Assembly (NCBI RefSeq): GCF_000143415.4
Contig: NW_003314281.1
Span: 1,961,882-2,025,881 of the forward strand
Length of the DNA: 64,000 nt
Reading direction: 5' to 3'
From: Selaginella moellendorffii
Taxonomy: Eukaryota > Plantae > Lycopodiophyta
Numbering within the stretch: the first letter of the stretch is position 1; each line of letters opens with the position of its first letter. A program made the translations under genes and the position numbers. Of the stretch, positions 12,687-26,891 are shown piece by piece. The notes below the pieces were generated by a model. It did not search any database. It had not been told where the DNA came from and saw only the letters and a list, made by a program, of their open reading frames with translations.

Positions 12687-12995
12687 ACATTTCGTGATGA
12701 TCGAGCAGCAGCCTCCACGACTGCTGTTGATCTGGCTGGCCCGATTCAGTAGCTACAATCTGGTGGGAGAGTTTTAACTCGCGACCAGCACATCTTTCTT
12801 AGTACAAACCTCTTCACAAAACCATTCACAATATACCACTCCTCTGTACACGCAGCGCTAAAATGCTGCTGCGTTTCTTGGCTTTTCCTTCGTCAGGGCT
12901 CCTGGAAAGATCGAGACTTTGATCGATGAGAGCCAAAAAGCGAAACGATGTCACACCTTGCGAGTTGCGTAGCGTCCAGTTGGCAAGCTTTCCAC

Positions 12996-14729
12996 TCAGT
13001 TCTTCACGGGATGATAAACAAGCTTGGACGATTCCAAAGGCGACTTTCGTCGGGGCTGGACGGCACACCTTACGGCCTTGAACACGAACATTTGCTACAA
13101 AACCAAGCCATTAGCCACAGTTGCAAAACCAAAGACGTTTGTTACCAGGAGCCTCGAGCTTCTCCGTATGCGCGTCACCATCCACCTCCTCTGCCCGGAC
13201 GAGCTAGCGCTTCGCATCAATCGAAACCGAGATGGAGCGAGCCTGGGCGACGCACAGCCGCAGTACAATGCTCCTCCAGCCGCCGCTGACTCCTCAAAAC
13301 CCAAAGCCCGATCTTGATCGATCTCACCGGGACCGGGGTCGAGCTTGAGCACCTTGTCCGATTCAACATCGCCCTCCTCGTCCGCGCGCTGGAGCAACAC
13401 AATTTGCCCGCTGCTTGGCACCGAGGCCGACTCATCCTTGGCGCTCTCCGAACCTTCAATGCTGTGGAAGTACGCAGCGAGCGTCGGAGCCCACATCTCC
13501 ACATCCTGGCTACCACGGAACTTCTTGCGCTTGGATCGCAGCCAATCGGGATGGAGAATTCTCTCGATCGATCGGGTAATAGAGACCTTAACGCTGCTAC
13601 CGCCACCCTTGGAACAATCCTCTATCACCGCTGCTGGATTCGCCACATTGGTAGTAGTCCCCGACTCGGCGTCCGAGACCACCGCCGAGTCGGAGATGGT
13701 GTCCGAGGATGAAGCGCTGCACGACGCACTGCTCTGGTCGGGGCCGCACAGTATGCTCGTCGGAGAGCTTGGGTCGACCGTCTTACCGTCGGCGGTACCG
13801 TGCTGCACGGCTGGAGAGCTCGAGTCACCGTCCGCGGCAAGCGGGACCGCTGCTAATAGCAATCCTTGCCTGTGATTGACGGACTGCGCACGGCGCTGGG
13901 AGAAGTTCGAGGAGATCGCGGATTTGTGGAGAGTGGCGCTGCGGCTGAGACGAGGAGGGAGCTGGAGGGTTGGATCCGGCTTCTCCAACGAGGGCTTGGG
14001 CTTGCCTGGCGCTTCCTCCCACTTGAATGGCACCGAAGCCGAGCACTTGAAAGACGATTCCCCCTGTTCCTCCCGAGCTGCCGCTCGATTGGCGAGGAGA
14101 AATTTCGGACCCGGAGAACCGACGAGATCGTAGCGGCGGGAATCGAAGCTCTGGGAGCGCTGATCGTCGATGTTGAGATTGCTGTGGTGGCGGCTGGAGG
14201 GATTTCCAGCTGCTGCCAGATTCTTGAGCTGCGAGATGGAGCAATCAGAGGCGACGAGAGGGAGGTAGCTGTCGTCGCGGCTGCACAGGAGCTTCATCCT
14301 AGAGGAGAGAGCGTGAAGATTATCGTCGAGCGACAGAGCTCGCATTTTCCTCGTCACGACGAATCCCAGCTTCTTGCAAGCATCGCCGGCGGCATTCACA
14401 TTCTTCTCGCCGCACAGCCGCGGCAATGCGAGACCACTCCACGACGAAGATCGCCGCTTCTTGCCGATTTGTTCCTCCTCCCCCTCTTTCACAGCAGCGT
14501 GGCAGCAATCCTGGGAAAAAGAAGCGAGATTCTCAGCGGAGGAGGCATCAGTGGACACGAGAAGCGCCGAAATCTCTGAATCCTCGCAAATCGTCCCCCG
14601 ATCGTCGAAAACCTGGCAGCACGCAACACCGCTCATCGAATCCTGCGCTTCTTGATCGCAACGCTCGCATTCCCGATCACGAAACGGCTGCGTCACTCGC
14701 CTCCGCCTACTCCGTACCGTCGAGGCCAT
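12996..14729 (-). CDS. DUF688-family protein; probable 51-nt intron 13145-13095 and short last exon to 12996
   Basis: SASVPFKWEEAPGKPK...LQLPP motif. The track-ORF stop TAG coincides with an AG acceptor preceded by GT...ctaat; the spliced end reads QMFVFK...HPVKN*. Confidence 0.75.
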
Positions 14730-15653
14730 CGATAAGCCAAAAACAAAGGAACAAAAGAGCCCTATTCCGCCATAGCCACCACGATCACGTAAAAGGTTAA
14801 AATTTTGAAAATTTTGAAAACTTTTACGAATTACGGCGCGGGTGTAATGCCGGTCAAACAGACAGTTTACCGCCCAGCGAATGGGGTGGCGCCAGATGGC
14901 GAGATTTGTCTTCTAACTTAACTAGTAACGGCGAAATTTGCCGCCGTCACAAACAGTCTTTAATGCGCGCAGACGGAATCTGAGCGTGAGGAACAGAATA
15001 TGCGTGGCAGTGTGACCGTTAGGGCTTTAATACTTCACCGACGTGGGAAGTGATTCATTAACAATGGAATGGAAGAATTCTATCCATCATCAGAAAACTA
15101 TAGAAGTTCTAGTAAGAAATTTCATGGAAACCTGTGATTTGCCAACTCAATCGAATCATCGAATCAAAGGAGAAAAGTCTCACCAAAAATCGCGACTTTG
15201 GTGAGTTTGTTTGTACACAATGAAGAGAGAACCGAAAGTTCGAACTCCACATCGAAATTCCTGAAAGGCATATACACCAGTTCCAGCCCGTTCTTAAAGG
15301 CAACTCCTTTGTACCTTTCCAAGCCGGTGTTAGCGCATAGCTACGAGTAGCTTTGCAACGATTTCAAAAGCATGAAATTGATGGTCCGCAAAGCAAAAGC
15401 CAGCGATTGCGAGTAGAACACCTGGAAAGATTGTGATCCATAGTTAGTTGATCAACTTCGGCGAGAACTGGAAGAAATTGATCACTTCCAAAAAACTAAG
15501 AAAAACTTTCCATTCACCTGCTCTGGAAAATTATCCTCAATGCCGTAGCCTCTCAAAGTTCCCTCGATCTCCATGGGGTCCAGTTACTTCTACAAAACCA
15601 TCGCTCGCATTAGAATCAAGCTCTCGAAAAGCTTACCGCCATCGTCCTCGGTT

Positions 15654-18032
15654 TTACTTCTCGATCAAGCTCTGGCCGGGAGGCTTCTTCAATCCCATTT
15701 CCTTCATGCTCAGCTGGACCTCCAGCGCCTCCTGCGGCAATCCAGCCGCCGTAAAGATACTCGATAGCAGCGAGTACAGCGAAGTGTTCTCTGGATCTAG
15801 CTCTTTCACCCTCCTCGCGGCTCGCTTCGCAGTATCAGCATCCGAGTGTGTCTTACACGATCCAAGCACCGTCAGCCAGGCGACCGAGTCCGGCTGATAC
15901 GGCATGGATTCCACCAGCGCTTCCGCATCTCGCAGCCTCCCGCTTCGTCCCAGAAGATCCACCATGCAGAGGAAGTGCTCGCGGATAGGAACCACTTCGT
16001 GCTCGCTCTGCATCTCCAGGAAGCACTCCACGCCTCTGGCGAGCAAACCGGCGTGGCTGCAGCCGACCAAGATGCTCGTGAAGGTGATCTCGTTGGGCCT
16101 GATGCCGTGGAGCACCATCTCCAGGTACAAGTCGAGCACTTGATCAGCATGGCCCTGTTGAGCGTAGACGGACGTCATTGCTGTCCACGAGAGAACGTCC
16201 CTCTGTCCCATGTCCTCGAACATACTTCTCGCCGTCTCGAGCCTCCCGCACCTCCCATACATGTTAACCAGCGCCGTCTGGACCATCAAGCTCGACTGGA
16301 AGCTCTGGTTCTTGAGCACCCGGCTGTGGATCTCCCGGCCTAGCTGGAGAGAGCCGGAGATAGCACAGGCACTCAGGCTGCTGGCGATCGTCACCTCGTC
16401 CGGAAGTACCCCCTGGCTCGTCATAGTCTGGTATAAGTCGAGTGCTTCCCTTCCTAGTCCGTGCTGAGCATAGGCTCCGATCATCGCGTTCCAGGACACC
16501 AAGTCCTTGCGACCCGATGCCTCAAAAGCCGACTTTGCGAGCTCCAAGCTCCCACACTTGGCATACATCGTCACCAGCGCGTTCTGGACGGCCACATTCG
16601 AGGCCAGCTCGCTGTTTTCGACGTGTCCGTGGATTTTCATCCCTGCTTCCAGATCACCCGACGAGGAGCACGCCGCTAGAACGTTTGAGAAAGTATACTC
16701 GTTCGGCCGGGTCCCCTCGGCCACCATTTGGTCGTAGAGCTCCAACGCTTCTCGGGTATACCCGGCTTGGGCATAAGCGGATATCATCGCCGTCCAGCAG
16801 TAGACGTTTCTCTTCTGCCGGACCCTGTTAAACACCGCCCTCGCAGCGTCCAGCTCTCCACACTTTGCGTACATGGTGAGAAGCGCGGTGTGGACGACGA
16901 GCGACTGGAATCCACACTCGGAGACCCGCAAGTGGATTGCCTTCCCTTCCTTGAGAGCTCCCAAGCTCGCGCATGCCCCGAGAGCAGTCACGTAAGTGAC
17001 ACCGTCGGCATGGACGCCCTCGTGATCCATTCTTCCGTAGAGATCCAGTGCTTCTCTGTAATGACCTGTCTGGACGTAAGCCGTCATGAGCGAAGTCCAG
17101 CAAACGACGTGCTTGTTCTGGATCTTCTCGAAAGCTTGCCTCGCGGAGCTCACGTCTCCACACCTCGCGTACATGTTGATCAGAGCGCTTCCCACAAAGT
17201 CCGACTCCATGTTGCTGCTCACGATCCTTGCATGGATCGCTTTCCCGTCGGCCAGTTTCGTGCAAGCCAGAAGAGCGCTGGTGAAAGTTATCGAGTCGGG
17301 CTGGATGCCATCGGCGTCCATCTGCTGGTAGAGATCCAGTGCCTCGTCGCAAAACCCATTGTTGGCGTAGGAAGAAATCATCGAAGTCCATGAGACAGCG
17401 TCCCTGTTCTTGATCCCATCAAAAACCTTCCGGGCCTCTTCCACGCTGCCACACTTCCCATACATGTTTACCAGCGCGTTCTGGAGAGAGAGATTGTCTC
17501 TGATGATATGTGGTGCCTCGATGATCCTGGCATGGATCTCTCGAGCCTCACGGAGACTCCCCACCGCCGAGCAAGAGCCCAGAACGATGAAGTACGTGAT
17601 CTTGTCCGGCTCCGGCCCTTCCTCGCACATCCTGTGATACAGCTCCAGTGCGCGGTTCCACAGCCCGTTCTTCCCGTAAGCGCTGAGCATCTGGTTGTAG
17701 CAAGCCACCGCCTTGATGCTTGCGAAATTCTGGAACGCGGCCCTGGCGAGGTGGATTTCTCCACAATTTCCATACATCTGGATGAGGAGATTGCCCAGGA
17801 ACTGGTTCCGGCCATGGCCGGTGCGAAGGAGATGGCGATGGACGAGCTTACCTTCTGCTAGGGAACCCAGGCGCCCGCATTGCTGGAGGAGCTCGTCGTA
17901 GAGCTCGACGTAGCCGTGGCGCCGCTGATCGAGCTGCTCTAGGGCGTCGCTCACGGAGATCCTCGCCACCGGCGCCTTCTTCTTGAGATTGAAGACGAGC
18001 TTCCTCGAGACGAAGCTCGCCTTCCTCAGCAT
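15654..18032 (-). CDS. PLS-class PPR protein with E domain, no DYW (PCMP-E; organellar RNA-editing specificity factor type), intronless
   Basis: Repeated NALVNMYGKCG / DVVSWT motifs, HFLCMVDLLGRSG, ends GLKKPPGQSLIEK. Confidence 0.95.
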   Translation of the reverse strand: MLRKASFVSRKLVFNLKKKAPVARISVSDALEQLDQRRHGYVELYDELLQQCGRLGSLAEGKLVHRHLLRTGHGRNQFLGNLLIQMYGNCGEIHLARAAFQNFASIKAVACYNQMLSAYGKNGLWNRALELYHRMCEEGPEPDKITYFIVLGSCSAVGSLREAREIHARIIEAPHIIRDNLSLQNALVNMYGKCGSVEEARKVFDGIKNRDAVSWTSMISSYANNGFCDEALDLYQQMDADGIQPDSITFTSALLACTKLADGKAIHARIVSSNMESDFVGSALINMYARCGDVSSARQAFEKIQNKHVVCWTSLMTAYVQTGHYREALDLYGRMDHEGVHADGVTYVTALGACASLGALKEGKAIHLRVSECGFQSLVVHTALLTMYAKCGELDAARAVFNRVRQKRNVYCWTAMISAYAQAGYTREALELYDQMVAEGTRPNEYTFSNVLAACSSSGDLEAGMKIHGHVENSELASNVAVQNALVTMYAKCGSLELAKSAFEASGRKDLVSWNAMIGAYAQHGLGREALDLYQTMTSQGVLPDEVTIASSLSACAISGSLQLGREIHSRVLKNQSFQSSLMVQTALVNMYGRCGRLETARSMFEDMGQRDVLSWTAMTSVYAQQGHADQVLDLYLEMVLHGIRPNEITFTSILVGCSHAGLLARGVECFLEMQSEHEVVPIREHFLCMVDLLGRSGRLRDAEALVESMPYQPDSVAWLTVLGSCKTHSDADTAKRAARRVKELDPENTSLYSLLSSIFTAAGLPQEALEVQLSMKEMGLKKPPGQSLIEK

Positions 18033-18219
18033 TCCACAGCATTTTGCGATGCCCTAGAAAGAAGTGCTGATTCAGCCCTAGGAAGTGACGCGGCAAAATC
18101 AAATTCACCGCCAGCTTGGCGCAATTGTGGCCGCTGGTTTGGAGCTCTCCCCGCCGTTGGATATATAGGGCATCGGCATGAAATACTTTTTGTGTGTCGC
18201 ATCGAGGAACAGAGCAGCG

Positions 18220-19732
<1,513 letters not shown>

Positions 19733-19899
19733 TAGGATGTTTTTGTCTCATACAATTTTGAAATAATCCTATAGCACCTAACTTATTGATACCTTTGATT
19801 TTATAACAAATGAGGCTACTCCATATGGAGCTTTACGACAAACTCCAAGCAAATCTAGATGTGGACAAGTGCTAGAACTTCCTGCTAATATACCTAATG

Positions 19900-22300
19900 G
19901 GACTCTTTTCTTATGCATGATATTTTTCTATAAAAGAAGCCTGATCTATAGATAGTTACAATTAACTTTTTTTTAAGAAATAAATCTCTTTTATAATGAG
20001 AGGAATGTGCATTTCATATGTACTATAAAAATTTTAATAGTTAACTATTTTTCAAAAAAAATCTCTTTGTTACATTTGTTACAATTTTAGCAAATTATAC
20101 TCTGGACATAAGACTTTAACTCCAAGAAAATTGTCATATTTTGTTTTAATAAAAAAATTTAAAGTAAAAAATATATATTACAAGTTGTATTTATTATTTT
20201 AACTTAGAATAAATAGATTCAATTCTTTTTTCAAAGTTATTTTTGAACATTTAAAGAATTAAAGTATTAAATTCTAGAAGTGATAATTTATATGGTAAAT
20301 ATTTTAGTGGGAAAAATAAATTTTGTTAAAAAAGATGGCTTTGGTTAGTCTCAACCTGGAATTTACTTAGTTAAACTAGTTATAAAAATATTAAATCAAT
20401 AGTTATATAAATAAGAAATAAAAATTATCATTCTATATTATATGTATTTAAATTATTAATTTTTGGATTATATTATGTATATTTATAAGGATGAAAAACT
20501 TACAGTTAAGAAAACGTATTATGGAAAGTTTAAGTATGTGGAGCCGACTACCTAACATATTTTTTTAAATTAATAAGAATTATAAAACTATCTATAAATA
20601 CTAGCTAACCAAGTAGCATACATCTATTTTATTTTGTCATTAATAAATTTGTATTATAAAATTAGAAAGAAAAATCTTAAATATTTTATATTTATAATTT
20701 ATATATACAATTTTATTGATATTATATAATTAAATTTTTATAATAAATATAATGTTGGTATTAATATGTACTATATTAATGTTTAAATAATAAAAACTTT
20801 TGAATGATAAAAATATTATTATTATTATTATTATATTAAATGAATAATATAACTTAATCTATTAGATTGTGTAAACTCCTGAGTTTAGACTTCCTAGGAA
20901 AACATATAAATCCTTGACATGTGGATACATGCTTCACATCTTTAACAGTAATTTGTAAATAGGGAAAACCCTTTTATTTCATTACTGCATGGAATAACTT
21001 AAAATTGTAAAAAGAAATAAATAAATAAATTTAAAATTTAAAATTAAAAATAATTCTAATCAATTAATAATTACATTATAAATGAAATATAAAAATTTAA
21101 AAATAGATTTTATTTACTTATATCACTACTTATTATTCTTAATCCAGTTTTTTGAAATGTTTATTATCTTAATTTGGGTATTATAAATTTATTAATATGA
21201 CTTTTTTTATACAAAATTGATTTATTTACTTTAGATAATCAAAATCTGGTAATATTTCAAACAACTCCATATATTCAAAATATCCTTAAAAAGTATTTAA
21301 TAACTTTCTAAGTTTTCCATATACCCACATCTACAATAATGTAATAAGCAACATGAGGTAACAATAGAAATAAAGGTATAGGAAAAACATTGATTGTCCC
21401 TGGGTTGATGCTAGAATTAATGCTCGGTGCAATGCCAAAACTAATGCTAATGGTGCCAAAGTTGGATAAAATTTTAGAAATAGTGCTAAATGAAACTTTG
21501 GAAGTATTGCTAGAGTTGATGTCTAGGGCCAAAGATGGTGGTATTGAAGGTGGAGACTTTGGTGTTAAAGATGGTGCTAGACACTGTGTTGAAGGTGGTG
21601 CTAAATGTTGTCATTTTGTATAATAACTATATTGAAAATTTATCTTAAAAGAGATATATGATGTAAAAAATTAAGTAAAATCTTTGAAAATCTATTACTT
21701 ATAAATTCATTTAAAAAATACAATATAAAATAGTGGATTGGTTTTAATAATAATTCACCACAAAATAATGAAAAAACTTTCCTTTTCAAAATTAATAATG
21801 TATTTATACTGGGAAAACTTTTCTAGTGAACAAGAGTTTTCATGAGTATGTTGACATTTCAGAAATGTTGATAGCATTTTAATAATTGAAACCATTTGAT
21901 AATTGCATTGCCTATGTTACTTAGTGTGTGATATTAAGGCATTCATTTATGCATTGATATGCTGTATGTGAAGTTCAGCATTTCGACATAGGTGGCCATC
22001 AAAATGGCCTAGTATGGGCTGTTTGAGACAACTAGCTTTTCTATTGTTCTCCACCATGTTGAAATGGATATGCTATAGCCACTGCTTTGTCAAAACCTTG
22101 TGAGGCTAAATGTAGTTTTGCATTTGTTAAAGGCTTACTCCAACAGAAGTTAATGTTAGGCATGTGATGAATTTAGCTATATATATCAGCAATATTAACT
22201 GCATCCATCTCCTAGATGGAGGCCTCCACACCAAACATAATGGTAATCACAGGCTGAATTCCATCAGAGGGACTAGAGTGGGTTCATTTAGTTAGTATGT
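19900..22300. other. AT-rich, CpG-depleted intergenic island (probable decayed repeat/TE DNA)
   Basis: Abrupt shift to very high AT, almost no CG dinucleotides, no credible ORF; no TE termini recognised. Confidence 0.5.
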
Positions 22301-22719
22301 ATTCTTAATCAACAACTCCAAATTGAAGCTTTACTAAGTTGATGACAATAGCATGACAAAAGACGCCGATGCTCTCGTCTTCGAACCAAGAAGGCTTGTA
22401 GCAAAATGAAAGTAATTCGTGATTCAAAACATATCAAGGTGCAGCTTATTCGTTTGTACACAATTCTGCAAAGTAAGCAAACAAAGGGAGAGCATTAGGA
22501 AACTTCACTTCACAAGTAAAAGGCCATACCAAGAGTTCCTTCAAGCCTTCACAGGTTTGGATACCTTTTGATATGAAACTACAGCCAATAAATCTACACT
22601 GTGCTGAGTAATAGCTATTCTCCCCACCCCACCTTTGCAGCAATTTCAAAAGCATGAAATTGAAGTTGCTAGAGCTCTCCCATCCAGTCCCACTTTGGCT
22701 TCGCTGCCCAAAAGCTCTT

Positions 22720-23877
22720 TTACTGCTCCCTCCAAATTCTGCCTGTCACCCTCAGCTTTAGCTCCTTCCTGTCACCCCCGGAGAAAAACAATGCCATGTT
22801 TCTCTGGATTATCAATCCGTCATGGCTGTCCCTCACTTTCTTGTGGCAGTCCCGAATGCTTCTCGGGACACCCTGCCACATCAATTTCCTGCCATTGGCG
22901 CCTACCTCGAGGCTGTAGCTGAAGTTCTTGGCATCGTTGTCGTCCCCCATGAATCTCAGAAAAGCCATGTAAACTGGCATTGTCCCGAGCTGGAACGCCT
23001 CAAAGTGTAGGCAGAAGTGCTGTCCATAACAGTTGAAAACCTGCAAACCAAACAGCAGTCGTCGGGTTACTCGATCAAACTTCTGAAACTTAAGCTTGCA
23101 TAGCTTCAAAAGCTAGCAGCACAAGAACATCAAACGAAGAAACGATTGGACCAAGAGGAAACCAACGTTACCGTGAGCATCCAGGTAGCATTCTCGACTT
23201 CCTGTGGATTGGACTTGACGTAGCGATGGTTGAAGGTGCAACCATTGTGCATGTCCACCTTGTGATCGTCGCGCAAGTGAGCAACCAGCGTTGGAATGTT
23301 GCCACTCACGGAGCACTCGGATCCCGCGTAGGGGCAGCCGTAAGGCCGGAAGCAACACTGCGCTTCGTGCTTGAGCTTGCTGTAGTATGGAAAGATGTCG
23401 GGGCATCCAAGTCCCTGGTACCTACAAGGAAGTTCCAGCGATTCGGCAACCTTCTCCAGAGCCAAGCAGCGAATGTTTCCCAGCTCGTATCGGCAAGTTG
23501 GGCAGCGATTGTGGACGCGGACTTTACAAGTAGAGCACAGAGTGTGGCCATTTGGACACTGCACAGTGAAGAGAGAGACTAAGAACCAAGCAAAAAGGAA
23601 GTAAAACGAAGAATTTTCCAACTCTCACCTGGTGGATGGGAGGATACATCGAGTTCGTGCAAACCGGGCATTCAAGGAGCTCGTGGACGCTGCTAGTAGA
23701 TTTGGAGCACGACTTGGATGATCCGCAAGAGGCCGAGGGAGGCGCGGAGGATGCTCCTACCGACGACGCCGCTGACCCCGCCGCTGCTACTGCTACCACA
23801 TCGGCATCGGCCGTGGTTTCTGTGCTATCGAGCGATGGCGACTCCGGGACATCGAGGTAGATCGTCCCGGGCGACAT
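22720..23877 (-). CDS. SINAT: SINA/SIAH-family E3 ubiquitin ligase (SINAT), 3 exons
   Basis: VHELLECPVCTNSMYPPIHQCPNGHTLCSTCK RING, zinc fingers, ends KLRVTGRIWREQ*. Confidence 0.97.
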
Positions 23878-24109
23878 TCGTGCCGGGCGATGGACGCTCT
23901 CCTCCCTAACCCTACCTGATGGAATGAGGGCCTGGGAATCGAACCTGGCCAACACTCGAATTTACGCGCCGAAAGCACTTTAACGCCCTTAACTACAACG
24001 CTTTTTAAATTCCAAGAACCCTAAAAACAGAGAAATGGAGCCCTAGAAGCAGAGCTCTCTCTTTCATTCATTCATCTCCAGATAGAGTACAAGCGTGGGG
24101 GAAAAATTT

Positions 24110-25117
24110 CTATCGAATTCTCAGGCCCTGCAAGCATCGCATTCGATCGTTTTCATTAATTGAGAGGAACAGCGAGAGATCTCCGTACCTTTTTGATCGA
24201 GCCAACCAAATCCTTCGCGTTGTCGCCAGCGTCATCGGCTTTGCTCCTCGCATCGCCGACGAGACCCTTGAGTTTCTCGTTTGGATCCTTGGATTGCCCC
24301 TGAACTGTGTCGACATCGCTCTTTACCTTGCCTTTGGCCTGCCCGAAGAATCCCTGGATGCCCTTCTTCGCATCCTCGGCCTTGTCCTGGAAACAAAGAA
24401 GAATGGAATCAGCAAAGTAGAAGATCTCAAACAGATTTCTTTCACTTCACCTGAGCTTGGCCCAGAGATTCATCCAATCTCTGCTTGGTCTCGGAAGCCT
24501 TCGCGGCGACCTTCGCGCGACCCTTTCCTACGAGCTCTGATCCACTGTCCTGGATCTCTGGAATAGCGCCACTCCCACCTCTGCGCAATCGATCGATCAG
24601 ATCAATCAGTCAATCAATCTATACAAGAATTCTCACTTTTGGGCGATTTTTCCATCGTCTTCCGACTTGACACCGCCCCGGGATGGGCCAAATCGCGGCG
24701 GCGAGTCGTCGTTGGTGAGCTTGTCGGCGTCCTTGAGCAATTTATCTGCCTGCTCGCCAACGTTGAAGACCGGGACCAGGCTTGGATCTTGCTGCTGCGC
24801 CATCGCAATGCCGCTGCCACTGCTCGTGGAGATCGCCAGCGCCATCAGGCCAGTCGCTGCCAATCGCCCCAATCCACTCAACCGCGATGTGCTCGTCTCG
24901 GGCGCATCATCCTGGCCAGAACAAGAGAGTGAGTATTGCGATTCGGGGAAATTCGTGGGTGAATTTCTGGTACCTGGCGAGAACAGCAGCATTGCACGGA
25001 TGATCTGCTACTGCTTCTCACAGCAATTCTCTGCGAATTGGGCGATGGGCGCAGCGAAGAACACGACGAGAGCATCGACGAATCCAGGCACACATTTTGG
25101 ACTCCTACAGCCGCCAT
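24110..25117 (-). CDS. LEA-like hydrophilic protein with bipartite plastid/thylakoid-lumen-type targeting, multi-exon
   Basis: Ser/Arg-rich transit peptide, hydrophobic stretch ending AMA, then K/D/A-rich repeats (DKAEDAKKGIQGFFGQAKGKVKSD...DARSKADDAGDNAKD); last exon GLRIR*. Confidence 0.6.
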
Positions 25118-25523
25118 TTCTTCGATGGATCGAGAAGAACCTCTTCCACAATTTTTTCTCTTCTCTACGCAAGAGATGTAAGAGCTCGATCTAAGTTACT
25201 GCAATGTTACCCCGCTACAGTATATATACCGCGAAAATCGTAGACAAGAAAAAATGATAAAAGCTGTCCACGCTTCCACTCGTCGCGCGAGAAAGAAAGA
25301 TGGCGTGGCCACTCTACAAGTGTCCCTCCACGTGTCAATCATGCACTAACATAAGCCAAATCCATTCTCTCATCGTCACAAGCATCATAGTTTTACAACC
25401 AAACGTTTTTCTTGTGGCTAATAGGATCTTTGCGAATATGCTCGAAATAAGAATATGCTTAAACCCTAGACCCTCCATAAACCCTAGACCCTAGGGCGAG
25501 CGGCGAGGAGGAGGCGATCGACA

Positions 25524-26726
25524 ATGCAGCAGGCGCGCGCTCTCCGGCTCTCTGCGAGGCTCTTCGATGCGGCGGCGATGGCGGCGGCGGTGTCGCGCAC
25601 GCGAGGTCGGTGGATTCATGCTAGCAGCAGCCTGGAAATGCCGCTGCCGTCGCGGCCGGATGTGAGCAAGAACATCTCGCGGATGAACATGCCACCGGAG
25701 GGGCAGCAGCAGAAGAGCGAGCAGAAGTCCAAGATCGACGAGTGGCTCAATCCACCGCCGCCGCCCACGGAGCTCCTCCAGAGGATGAAGTTCAAGCTCT
25801 CGGATGCTTGCTCCATGACGATCTACTATGGTGATATCTCCAAGTGGAATGTGGATGGATTGAACGACGCCATTGTAAGTTTTTGCTCCTCTCCAATCGT
25901 TTTCTTTCTATTCTACGCTTGTTCTAATGTGGTGAATTGCTGACAATGTAGGTTGCCCCGGCAAATAAGAGACTCAATGCAGGGGCTGCGGTTGATGGAG
26001 GTAAAAGTTTCATCTTTTGTTCCTTTCTTGTTTTGTTCTTTTCTATATCTCTGTTTGGCGTTGTTTTCTAAAGTCATCCACAAAGCTGCCGGGCCGAGAC
26101 TTTTATCGGCTTGCCAGAAGCTCCCGGACGTTGCTCCGCTTGGAATCAAGTGCAATGTTGGGGAAGCTGTGAGCACAAGGTATTTAATTCTTCGAGGGCC
26201 TGGAAAGAGCTGTTTTGTTTTTAACTTCTGTTTCGCAGAGCTTATAATCTCTTGGTATCGCGTGTTATCCATACAGTCGGGCCTGTATTCGAAGGCAAAG
26301 AGTCGGATCCCGTCCTTGAACAGACCTACAAGTAAATTATCCGAAGGTTTTGTCAAGCTCTGTCTCTAAACTTTGCGTTTTCTAGGAGTGCTCTCGCTCT
26401 GGGCTTAAAGGAGAACATCAAGTTCATATGTTTTCCAGCTCTATCCTGTCGCATCTACGGGTAACTTGCTTACGTTCTCAGGATCACTCGAAGCTTTGGG
26501 TGCTTTTCACAGATACCCCTACTCTGAAGGTGCTGAAGTCGCGATCAAAACAGTGAAAGAAAACTTCCAGGGCTACGCCCAGGTGAACTTGCTCACGGAG
26601 TTTGTTCTCATGAAAGAAATCTCTTTGCTTCTTTTGCAGGTCGATTTTGCGATTCGGAACATCGAAGGCTACGAATGTTGGATCGACGAGGCGTTCAAGC
26701 ATTTCACGGAGATCAAGCAAAAGTGA
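25524..26726 (+). CDS. Macro-domain (Appr-1-p processing) protein with organellar presequence, multi-exon
   Basis: IYYGDISKWNVDGLNDAIVAPANKRLNAGAAVDGVIHKAAGP, VIHTVGP, FPALSCRIYGYP. Confidence 0.9.
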
Positions 26727-26871
26727 TCAAGCGAAAGATGGAATCATGTACAAAGCTCTTCGACTACTGATTTAAAATGGTATCTGTCATTCAGTAGAAA
26801 GCTGTGGAAGAGAGCTATGGTATTCCAGCTTGGAACTCCCGCCACGCAAATTCCGGGACGTAAGATCACGA

Positions 26872-26891
26872 CACGTGGCATTTTTCACGTG
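26872..26891. promoter_or_regulatory. Paired G-boxes (CACGTG x2) upstream of SPA
   Basis: CACGTG at 26872-26877 and 26886-26891, ~350 bp upstream of the SPA ATG. Confidence 0.5.

Noticed and set aside
12344-12752. Poly-Ala ORFs on both strands
   Set aside because: Explained by the (GCT)n microsatellite in a probable 3' UTR or intergenic region; no family motif.
19900-22300. Helitron or MITE call for the AT-rich island
   Set aside because: No convincing termini, terminal hairpin, TIRs or target-site duplication identified by eye.
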